From Candidatus Magasanikiibacteriota bacterium (lineage in GTDB: Bacteria > Patescibacteriota > Patescibacteriia > Magasanikbacterales > GWA2-37-8), in contig CAWJAS010000001.1 of NCBI GenBank assembly GCA_963840935.1, forward strand, positions 448,875-512,874: a DNA stretch of 64,000 nt, read 5' to 3'. Below the pieces are notes generated by a model, which was not told where the DNA came from, ran no database searches, and saw nothing but the letters and a program-made list of their open reading frames with translations. A program made the translations under genes and the position numbers. Shown one piece after another: positions 56,209 through 64,000 of this stretch (position 1 is the stretch's first letter; each line of letters begins with the position of its first letter).

Positions 56209-57463
56209 AATTTTTCATGAAATTAAAAAAACGATTCGGTTTGCATACAAATCATTGTTGTTAAAAAAAACAAGAACGACTTTGACAATTCTTGGAATCA
56301 GCATCGGTATTGCCATAGTAATTGCTATTATGTCTGCTGGCAGGGGTCTTAATGCAATGATTTTGTCTGAAATGGATATTTTTGGGCCAAATACTATAAA
56401 TATAGAAATTAAAGTACCCACCACAAAGCAAATGTCGAGTGAAAACATGACTGGAATTTCTCAAGGGGTCGCAATAACCACTTTGAATGACAAAGACAGA
56501 AAAGATATTGAAAATCATCCGAATATTGTTGCCGCTTATGGGTATATGATGGGTCAAGAAATTGTGAGTTATGAAGGCCAGACAAAAAAAATAATGCTTG
56601 CGGGAGAAGGTTATCAAATGATTGAAGTGGAAAAATTTGAAATTGTGAGCGGTCGGATGTACACAAAAGACGAGGAGGATTCGCTGGCGCAAGTCGCGGT
56701 TTTGGGGTATGAAGTAAAAAAGAATTTTTTTGGCGATGAACCGGCTGAAGGGAAAATCGTTCGAATTGCCGGCAAACCATTTCGGGTTGTTGGAACCGCC
56801 GCCAAAAGAGGTGCAATGTCTTTTATAAACATGGATGATTTTATTTATATTCCGGTTAAAACTCTTCAAAAAAGATTATCGGGAATTGATTATTTTACAA
56901 ACATCATCGCAAAAATGAAAGATAGTTCATTAGCCGAAGCCACCATCGAAGATTTGGAGATAACAATCAGAGAAAACCATGATATTACCGACCCGAATAA
57001 AGATGATTTTGCCATAATGACAATGGACGAAGCGGCTGAAATATTAGAAACCGTCATAAACGGTATAATATATTTACTCGTTGTTTTAATTTGTGTTTCA
57101 CTTGTCGTCGGAGGAGTTGGTATTATGAATATTATGTATGTATCCGTAACTGAGAGAACGTTTGAAATCGGACTGCGAAAAGCTTTGGGAGCAAGCAACC
57201 AAAATATTATGTGGCAATTTTTGGCTGAGGCAATTATTGTGACCATAGCCGGAGGAGTGGTCGGCATAATATTTGGAGCTCTTTTTGCCTTCTTGATTTA
57301 CATTGCCGCGGTTTCATATAATTTAGCCTGGATATATTCAATACCTGTTTCTTCGATAATTTTGTCTATTAGTTTTTCGGCAATCATTGGTATTATTTTT
57401 GGGCTATATCCGGCAAAAAGGGCCGCTTCGCTAGACCCGATTGAAGCTCTTCGCAAAGAGTAG
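56186..57463 (+). CDS. ABC transporter permease (second MacB/FtsX-type paralogue)
   Basis: Same architecture as the preceding gene. Confidence 0.85.
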   Translation: MMLYGMNKIFHEIKKTIRFAYKSLLLKKTRTTLTILGISIGIAIVIAIMSAGRGLNAMILSEMDIFGPNTINIEIKVPTTKQMSSENMTGISQGVAITTLNDKDRKDIENHPNIVAAYGYMMGQEIVSYEGQTKKIMLAGEGYQMIEVEKFEIVSGRMYTKDEEDSLAQVAVLGYEVKKNFFGDEPAEGKIVRIAGKPFRVVGTAAKRGAMSFINMDDFIYIPVKTLQKRLSGIDYFTNIIAKMKDSSLAEATIEDLEITIRENHDITDPNKDDFAIMTMDEAAEILETVINGIIYLLVVLICVSLVVGGVGIMNIMYVSVTERTFEIGLRKALGASNQNIMWQFLAEAIIVTIAGGVVGIIFGALFAFLIYIAAVSYNLAWIYSIPVSSIILSISFSAIIGIIFGLYPAKRAASLDPIEALRKE

Positions 57464-57547
57464 GATGGGAGCTTGCCATAACTCGTTGATATTTGGTACT
57501 ATTCATTTGATTAACAGGGGCCCGATAAAGGCCTATTTTAAAGTATT

Positions 57548-59335
57548 ATGGCGGATATTCAAGCAATTAAAGACCGAATAGATATTGTGCAATTACTGCA
57601 AGAATATTTGAATTTGAAGAAGGCCGGGGCAAATTGGAAAGCAAATTGCCCGTTTCATAATGAAAAGACGCCGTCTTTCATGGTTCATCCGGAAAAGCAA
57701 ATCTGGCATTGTTTTGGTTGCGGTAAGGGCGGAGATATTTTTGCTTTCATTCAAGAAATGGAGGGGTTGGATTTTGTTGAGGCATTAAAACTTTTGGCAG
57801 ATAGAGCGGGCGTTAAACTGACAGACACACGAAGCAGTGAACTAAATAAAAATCAAAAAATTCGTTTGATTGAGATTAATTCCAAAGCGGCTTCATTTTT
57901 TCATAATTTTTTAATTGAAATGAGTGCGGCGCGCCCGGCATATGAATATCTAACAAAACAAAGAGGGCTCAGCGATGAAACAATAAAAAATTGGCAGATT
58001 GGATATGTGCCGGAGCAATGGGATTTACTCACTCAATACATGCTAAAAAAAGGGGTTGGCATTGATGACCTTGTCGCTTCCGGATTAACAATAAAAAATA
58101 CCGAAAGAAATAGCTGGTATGATAGGTTTAGAGGAAGACTAATGTTTCCGATTTGGGACGCGCATGGTAATACCGTCGGTTTTACCGGAAGAATATTGGT
58201 TGAAAAAGAAAACAGTGGAGGCAAGTATGTGAATACTCCCCAAACGGCTCTTTATGATAAGTCCAGAGTGATTTATGGTTTGAATAAAGCCAAACAAGAA
58301 ATAAAAACAAAGGATTTGGCGATTATGGTTGAGGGCCAGATGGATGTTATTGCTTGCCATGAAGCGGGTATGAAAAATGTAATAGCCGCCTCCGGCACAG
58401 CGCTCACAGAAGAACAAATTAAACTCATAAAAAGATTTACAAATAATATCGCCATCGCTTTTGATTCAGATAACGCCGGGCAAGAAGCGGCAAAAAGGGG
58501 GATAGATGTCGCTTTATCCGCCGGGTTAAATATTAAGGTGATTTCCATACCGGAAGGACAAGGGAAGGACGCCGACGAATGTATAAGAAAGAACCCCAAG
58601 AATTGGCGTCTGGCGGTTGACTCGGCCGTGCAGATTATGGAGTGGTATTTTAATCGTCTTTTTAAATCGATTAATCTGGATGATTTTAAGGCAAAACAAG
58701 AGGCGACTTCAAGTTTTTTGGCTGAGCTAAAAAAAATTCCCTACGCGATTGAGCGAGAATCATGGATAAGAAAATTAAGCGATAAAATAATGGTTGAACC
58801 GGCGATTCTTACCGAGGAATTAAAGAAAATAAAAACCCAGACCGGACCAAAAAAAGAGACTGTGCACAACGCGCAAGAAAATGACAAAAATACGAGTGTT
58901 AATGTTGTTGATAAGACTGATTTGTTAAAAGAAAAATTTTGGTCTTTGGTTGTTCGTCAACCATCCATATATTCGGCTTTACGGTCGACTTTATCAGATA
59001 ATATTTTTGACTCAGGAGATTATCAAAAACTTTACCTATTCGCGGAAATGAAATATAATAATATCAGCTCAAATAGTTTTGTCGGGAATATTTTTAGTGA
59101 TTATCCGGATCAGAATATTATTGATCTCTTTTTGATGCATGCGGAAAAAGATTATTCCGATTTTTCCGATGAAATAAGATTAAAAGAAGCCGAGACATTG
59201 TTAAATAACATTAAAGATTTGCATTTGAAAAAATCGCGACAAAATTTACTTAATACACTCGAAGAGGCGAAAGAGCAGGGGAACGAAGAATTGCAAAATA
59301 GTATTTTAAAAAAAATAAATGATTTAATTAAATAA
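57548..59335 (+). CDS. dnaG: DNA primase
   Basis: Zinc-binding [11 protein letters not shown]...CFGCG, RNA polymerase domain and TOPRIM domain. Confidence 0.93.
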   Translation: MADIQAIKDRIDIVQLLQEYLNLKKAGANWKANCPFHNEKTPSFMVHPEKQIWHCFGCGKGGDIFAFIQEMEGLDFVEALKLLADRAGVKLTDTRSSELNKNQKIRLIEINSKAASFFHNFLIEMSAARPAYEYLTKQRGLSDETIKNWQIGYVPEQWDLLTQYMLKKGVGIDDLVASGLTIKNTERNSWYDRFRGRLMFPIWDAHGNTVGFTGRILVEKENSGGKYVNTPQTALYDKSRVIYGLNKAKQEIKTKDLAIMVEGQMDVIACHEAGMKNVIAASGTALTEEQIKLIKRFTNNIAIAFDSDNAGQEAAKRGIDVALSAGLNIKVISIPEGQGKDADECIRKNPKNWRLAVDSAVQIMEWYFNRLFKSINLDDFKAKQEATSSFLAELKKIPYAIERESWIRKLSDKIMVEPAILTEELKKIKTQTGPKKETVHNAQENDKNTSVNVVDKTDLLKEKFWSLVVRQPSIYSALRSTLSDNIFDSGDYQKLYLFAEMKYNNISSNSFVGNIFSDYPDQNIIDLFLMHAEKDYSDFSDEIRLKEAETLLNNIKDLHLKKSRQNLLNTLEEAKEQGNEELQNSILKKINDLIK

Positions 59336-59340
59336 TAGTT

Positions 59341-60687
59341 ATGTCCCAAAAAAAGAGGACAATTAAAAAAGCGGGGATCCGAAAAACGGTCCAGAAGGCC
59401 GTAAATAAAAAAGGAAAAACCGCAAAATTAAAAAAGCATAAAAAAATTATCAAAAAGGCGGTTAAGAAAATGCCGAAAAAGAAGGTGGTAAAATTAAAAG
59501 TCAAGAAAAATAAGTTGCAAAAAAAGGCTCCCACCAAGAAGATATTAAAGAAAAAAATTGCAAAACGCGATGTGGTTGTTGAAGAAGTGGCGGAACCGAC
59601 AGATATTCAAATATGGCATTTGGTTGACAAAGGGCGTTCAAGAGGTTTTTTGACAGAAATAGAAATGCTTTCGGTTTTTTTTAGGCCGGAACGTTATTTG
59701 GATTTGTATGAAGGTTTTTTGAATCTTCTTGAAAGAAACGGTGTTACATTGGTTGAAAATAGCCATAATGGTTTGCTTGGAACCGTTTCAGAAAGAAAAG
59801 AAATGCTTAAGGAATTCCAGGGCGAACAGCCTGATATGGATGTGCCTTTTGATTTGAGCCAAATATCTTCAGATTCAATTCAGATGTATTTGCGTGAAAT
59901 CGGCAAAATTCCATTATTAAAGGCTGAGGAAGAGGTATCACTCGCCAAAAGAAAAGAAAAAGGGGATAAGTCTGCTGAAAGAAAAATCATTGAAGCAAAC
60001 CTTCGCTTGGTGGTGTCTATAGCCAAAAAATTTGTTGGAAAATCACTATCTTTACTTGATTTGATTCAGGAAGGAAACATTGGGTTGTTCAGAGCGGTTA
60101 AAAAATTCGATTACAGAAAAGGTTATAAGTTTTCCACATATGCCACTTGGTGGATCAGGCAGGCGATAACGCGAGCGCTGGCTGACCAGTCCCGTACGAT
60201 TCGCATCCCTGTTCATATGGTTGAGACCATCAATCGCTTTCAGCAAGTCCAAAGGCGTCTTTTGCAGGATTTGGGCAGAGATCCGACCCCGGAAGAATTA
60301 GCCGCGGAAATGGGGGAAGAGGTCGATAAAATTAATCATATTATTAAAATCTCTCAGGAAACAGTATCGCTTGAAGTTTCGGTGGGTGATGACGACGACG
60401 ATTCTTCGCTGCAAGATTTCATTGAGGACGTAAAAAATGTCTCTCCGGACCGCGCTGCCGGTCTTCAAATTTTGCGTGACTATGTTAAAGAGGCGATTAT
60501 CGACTTATCAGCCAGGGAACAAAAGATTTTGGAAATGCGTTTTGGTTTAAACGATGGCGTTACGCACACTCTTGAGGAGGTTGGACAGGAATTCGGAGTA
60601 ACAAGAGAAAGAATTCGTCAGATTGAAGCTAAAGCTCTGGAGAAAATAAAAGAAATGAATATTTTGCAGAAATTGCGCGATTATTAA
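59341..60687 (+). CDS. rpoD: RNA polymerase sigma factor RpoD (sigma-70) with a Lys-rich N-terminal tail
   Basis: Regions 1.2-4 are present, including [10 protein letters not shown] and the 4.2 HTH. Confidence 0.95.
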   Translation: MSQKKRTIKKAGIRKTVQKAVNKKGKTAKLKKHKKIIKKAVKKMPKKKVVKLKVKKNKLQKKAPTKKILKKKIAKRDVVVEEVAEPTDIQIWHLVDKGRSRGFLTEIEMLSVFFRPERYLDLYEGFLNLLERNGVTLVENSHNGLLGTVSERKEMLKEFQGEQPDMDVPFDLSQISSDSIQMYLREIGKIPLLKAEEEVSLAKRKEKGDKSAERKIIEANLRLVVSIAKKFVGKSLSLLDLIQEGNIGLFRAVKKFDYRKGYKFSTYATWWIRQAITRALADQSRTIRIPVHMVETINRFQQVQRRLLQDLGRDPTPEELAAEMGEEVDKINHIIKISQETVSLEVSVGDDDDDSSLQDFIEDVKNVSPDRAAGLQILRDYVKEAIIDLSAREQKILEMRFGLNDGVTHTLEEVGQEFGVTRERIRQIEAKALEKIKEMNILQKLRDY

Positions 60688-60706
60688 TTTTTGACCCCCG
60701 GTTTAT

Positions 60707-61780
60707 ATGAAAATACTTTTTTCCGGTGGAGGAACTCTGGGCGCGGTGATGCCGATATTATCTGTTGCCTTGGCTTTAAAAAATAAATATTCTTCAAAAA
60801 TTATCTGGGTCGGGACAAAGAATGGCCCTGAAGCAGATGTCATCAAATCATATGGCATTGATTTTAGGTATATAAAATCCGGAAAATTAAGACGGTATTT
60901 TTCATTGTATAATTTTTTTGATTTATTCAAAATTACTTTGGCTTTTTTTGAGTCAATGGCGCTTTTAAAAAAAGAAAAACCGGACCTTCTTGTTTCAGCC
61001 GGAGGTTTTGTTAGCGTGCCATTGCATTTATCGGCTCGTTTTTTAAAAATTCCAACATGGGTTCACCAGCAGGATGTTCGCGTCGGGTTAGCAAATAAAA
61101 TAATGGCGAAGACCGCGTCAAAAATTACTGTTGCTCTTCAAAGAAGTATTAATTCTTTTGATTCAGCAAAGACTGAGTGGATTGGGAATTTTTGTCGCCC
61201 CTTTGACACTATTACCGCAGAAGAATCAAAAAAAATATTTGCCATAAGTGACTGCGAACCGGTAATTCTTGCGGTGGGCGGAAGTACCGGTGCGGCAAAA
61301 TTAAATGATTTGGTATTGGATGCGATAAATTTGTTGCCGAGAAATTTTCATATTATTCACATCGTCGGCCAAGAACGCTCGGCGGAGCGTTGTTTTTCGG
61401 CAATGAATGAGCATCAAAACTATAAGGTCTATAAATTTTTGAATTCTGAAATGCCGTATGCGCTGAATTTGGCGCAGGTTGTGATTACAAGGGCCGGCTT
61501 CTCTTCACTCACGGAATTATCATTTTTGGAAAAAGCCACGATTATTTTGCCAATATCTGACAGCCACCAGGAATCAAACGCCGAAATTTTTAAAACGGAT
61601 AATTCCGCGGTTATTTTGGATGAACGAACGGCAAGTGGAAGAGATTTGGCCGATGCCGTTATCGCTTTGATTGATAATCCTGAGAAGCGCAAATTAATGG
61701 GTCGCAAGATGAAAAAAACGCTTCCGATTGCCAATGAATTTAAAATTTTTGAGATAGTTGAGCAATTAATTAAAAAATAG
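60707..61780 (+). CDS. murG: Undecaprenyldiphospho-muramoylpentapeptide beta-N-acetylglucosaminyltransferase
   Basis: GT28 N- and C-domains (SGGGTLG...; GGSTGA). Confidence 0.85.
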   Translation: MKILFSGGGTLGAVMPILSVALALKNKYSSKIIWVGTKNGPEADVIKSYGIDFRYIKSGKLRRYFSLYNFFDLFKITLAFFESMALLKKEKPDLLVSAGGFVSVPLHLSARFLKIPTWVHQQDVRVGLANKIMAKTASKITVALQRSINSFDSAKTEWIGNFCRPFDTITAEESKKIFAISDCEPVILAVGGSTGAAKLNDLVLDAINLLPRNFHIIHIVGQERSAERCFSAMNEHQNYKVYKFLNSEMPYALNLAQVVITRAGFSSLTELSFLEKATIILPISDSHQESNAEIFKTDNSAVILDERTASGRDLADAVIALIDNPEKRKLMGRKMKKTLPIANEFKIFEIVEQLIKK

Positions 61781-61782
61781 CG

Positions 61783-62994
61783 CTAAGCGCCATTTTTTAA
61801 TTTTAGATTTTGAATAGAGATTTTTATATTTTTTATTTGATTGTTTAAATTTATTTTTGATTTATATTTTATCGGCAAATATTCCGGAGTATAACCGAGC
61901 CAATAGCCGGTTTTTTTATTTTCAAATAATACCTCTCTGAATTTACCGACAAATTTTTTTGTGAATTTTTTAGCCGTCATCTCGGCTGTTAAAATTAGCA
62001 TTCTGCTTCGTTCTTTTTTAATTATATCTTGAATTTGATTTGGCAAATTCACGGCCGGCGTTGTCGCTCTTGGGGAATATTGAAAAACATGAATTTTGGC
62101 GAACATTGCTTTTTTTGCCAGTTCCATAGTTTTCTTAAAGTCTGCCTCTGTTTCCCCGGGGAAACCAACAATAACGTCTGTGGTGAAAGAAAATAAATTA
62201 TTAATTTTTCTGATTCTTTTAATTATATCGAAGAACTTTTCGGCGGTATAACCGCGATTCATTTTTTTTAAAATTTCGTCTGAGCCGGATTGCAATGACA
62301 AATGCCAATGAGGCATGAATCTTTTATCGCTTAAATAAATATTTACTAAATTATTTGTTACCAATCTTGGGTCAACGGAGCCCAAACGAATCCGTTCAAT
62401 TTTTGTCTGCTCTTTAATTAATTTTAATAATTCGGCCAAATCCGAATTTCCATCTTTGTATTGGCAAATATTAACTCCGGTCAAAACAATTTCTTTGTAT
62501 CCTTCTTTTTCTAGTGCTAATATTTTTTTAATAATTGATTTTGACGGTACGCTTTTGGATTTTCCACGAAATTTGGGGATAATGCAATAGGAGCAATTGA
62601 AGTTACATCCGCTTTGAATTTTAACAAAAGAGCGAGTTTTGGATAATTCTTCAGTGTTATTTTTTTTGTTGGAGTATTTGTTTTTTTTGGCCAATGAATC
62701 AATTTTTTTTAGCACAGTCAAATCATTTTTTGCGACAAAATCAATTTCAGGTAAATCCGAGTTTTCCAAACATCCGCAGGCAATAACGAATGAGCCATTT
62801 TTTTTCTCCTTTCTAATTAGTTCGCGCGCTGTTTGACTGGCGCCCATCGTCACGGCGCAAGCGCGAATAACAGAAACATCCGCCTTGGCATGGCGACCGA
62901 CTATTTGATACCCCTTGGAGCGAAAAATTCTCTTCATTTCATCGCTCTCAGCCTGATTTAATTTGCAACCAAGAGTTAAAATTGCTATTTTCAT
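61783..62994 (-). CDS. Radical-SAM methylthiotransferase (MiaB/MtaB/RimO family)
   Basis: UPF0004 N-domain with three Cys, and a radical SAM CNFNCSYC motif. Confidence 0.8.
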   Translation of the reverse strand: MKIAILTLGCKLNQAESDEMKRIFRSKGYQIVGRHAKADVSVIRACAVTMGASQTARELIRKEKKNGSFVIACGCLENSDLPEIDFVAKNDLTVLKKIDSLAKKNKYSNKKNNTEELSKTRSFVKIQSGCNFNCSYCIIPKFRGKSKSVPSKSIIKKILALEKEGYKEIVLTGVNICQYKDGNSDLAELLKLIKEQTKIERIRLGSVDPRLVTNNLVNIYLSDKRFMPHWHLSLQSGSDEILKKMNRGYTAEKFFDIIKRIRKINNLFSFTTDVIVGFPGETEADFKKTMELAKKAMFAKIHVFQYSPRATTPAVNLPNQIQDIIKKERSRMLILTAEMTAKKFTKKFVGKFREVLFENKKTGYWLGYTPEYLPIKYKSKINLNNQIKNIKISIQNLKLKNGA

Positions 62995-63088
62995 ATTAAT
63001 CGGATAATATCATATGAATAAAAAATAATCAAAATATAAAGTATATTACTGCCATTATCAGGAAATAAAGTATTTCATAATTCAGCTA

Positions 63089-63117
63089 TTGACAAAATGA
63101 AAAATATATGCTATACT
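63089..63117 (+). promoter_or_regulatory. Consensus sigma70 promoter TTGACA-17-TATACT
   Basis: Perfect -35 hexamer, 17-nt spacer, near-consensus -10. Confidence 0.6.
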
Positions 63118-63172
63118 CATGCCAATGTCCGCTTATCACTAGGCGACAGCTACATTTAAGGTTGCGCATTAT

Positions 63173-63304
63173 ATGATGTACAACGCATTTGACGGGGAGG
63201 AAAACACCACTCCGGTCACTTCTGACGACACAACTGTTGCAGAAGAAACAACAGAGGAAGTTTCAGCCGAAGAACCGGTTGAGGAAACCCCGGCAGCTGT
63301 GTAA
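63173..63304 (+). CDS. Small highly acidic, Thr/Glu-rich peptide (43 aa, MMYNAFDGEENTTPVTSDDTTVAEETTEEVSAEEPVEETPAAV); alternatively a small ncRNA
   Basis: Lies between a consensus promoter and an intrinsic terminator. The SD is weak. Confidence 0.3.
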   Translation: MMYNAFDGEENTTPVTSDDTTVAEETTEEVSAEEPVEETPAAV

Positions 63305-63326
63305 TTAATACAGCACCAAAATAGAA

Positions 63327-63358
63327 ACACCCCGAGTAATTGGGGTGTTTTTGTTTTG
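63327..63358 (+). terminator. Rho-independent terminator (ACACCCC-loop-GGGGTGT followed by TTTTTGTTTT)
   Basis: Read directly from the sequence. Confidence 0.7.
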
Positions 63359-63582
63359 TGACCCGGTCCCGAAGGGATCCCTTTGGGACTGGGATTCGGC
63401 TTCGGCTAAAATTTTCTTCCGAAAATTTTGCCTAGCCACCTTCGCCAGTTGGCGAATCGCGGTTTGGCTCGCCCGCAAGCTCGCCAAACATCGCTCCGGC
63501 GTTCTCATCCCAACGCGAGCAAAGCAGTTTGCTCGCTTCCGGGTCAAACAAAAAATCCCTTTACAGGGATGTATTTGTTTTG

Positions 63583-63590
<8 letters not shown>
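63350..63590 (-). repeat. tRNA-flank structured element, copy 3 (interior 63367-63573), bounded by 17-nt direct repeats TTTGTTTTGTGACCCGG (63350-63366 and 63574-63590) derived from the 3' end of tRNA-Lys
   Basis: Shares the AAATTTTC-TTCC-GAAAATTT hairpin and the CATCGCTCCGGCGTTCTC...GCGAGCAAA...TTTGCTCGC module with copy 2, with compensatory changes. Confidence 0.6.
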
Positions 63591-63655
<65 letters not shown>

Positions 63656-63782
63656 TTATGTAGTTCTATTATTATAAAATTTTTTTGAATGCTAATGTCG
63701 TATTTATTAATTGTATGACCGGTAGCGAAGCTGGAAGCTGCCGTGCCCCGCACAGTGAGCCGATAGGCGAACTGTTGCTGGG

Positions 63783-63799
63783 GAGCTACCAGGCCTTAT
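63783..63799 (-). repeat. 17-nt duplicate of the tRNA-Lys 5' end (GAGCTACCAGGCCTTAT on +) lying about 125 nt upstream of the gene on the tRNA strand
   Basis: Exact match to 63643-63659. Confidence 0.55.
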
Positions 63800-64000
63800 A
63801 ATAAAAAATAGACAATTTACAGGGAAAATGATACACTATATGCAGAAAAAAATCAAGGGGGAGAAAAAATGGTGTATAAATCATTTATTTTTGAATTATG
63901 TTGGATAAAAAGTTTTTTGCTAAAATTAGGTCAATTTTATTAAATTACTCCAAAAAAAGACGAGAAATAATTAAAATTTCCGGCGATGCCCAACAGCTTT

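Noticed and set aside
56261-56869. Several minus-strand ORFs (up to 202 aa) inside the second FtsX permease gene
   Set aside because: Antisense shadow ORFs in an AT-rich, codon-biased region. The + strand permease has clear family signatures.

Overview
The window is AT-rich, gene-dense and almost certainly bacterial. Small divergent proteins, a minimal dcw cluster and many GT2 genes make a CPR/Patescibacteria-like (Parcubacteria-type) reduced genome likely, but that placement is inference. Most of the window is housekeeping: an hrcA-grpE-hsp20-dnaK-dnaJ heat-shock operon with a CIRCE-like operator, pgsA/yidC, rnhA, murA, ctpA, era, rplI, pyrG, recJ, lepA, murJ, an RNase J-like nuclease, mraZ-rsmH-ftsL ... 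ftsW, pilT, the CCA-adding enzyme, a MacAB-like efflux module, dnaG-rpoD, murG and a MiaB-like methylthiotransferase. Two accessory glycan loci are present. The first (16.9-27.6 kb) has a priming sugar transferase, S8 protease, UXS-like epimerase, GT2 plus DUF2304, GT4, a methyltransferase and a DsbA-like protein. The second (42.0-48.9 kb) has four GT2 genes (one apparently frameshifted), rfbB, an FdtA-like ketoisomerase, rfbD and a cupin-type PGI. Three tRNA genes lie on the minus strand: Pro-CGG, Pro-GGG and Lys-UUU. The most unusual signal is a family of roughly 150-210 nt GC-rich structured elements found downstream of each of these tRNAs. Each copy is bounded by direct repeats of the 3' end of its tRNA, the stems show compensatory base changes, and the tRNA-Pro copies are embedded among tandem tRNA-half fragments. 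Other candidates worth a second look are a membrane-anchored zinc-ribbon Clp-like AAA+ ATPase sitting where ftsI is expected in the dcw cluster, an uncharacterized protein paired with a Cas4-like nuclease inside a glycosylation operon, two small GC-rich islands with strong ribosome-binding sites, and a small acidic-peptide transcript with textbook promoter and terminator.
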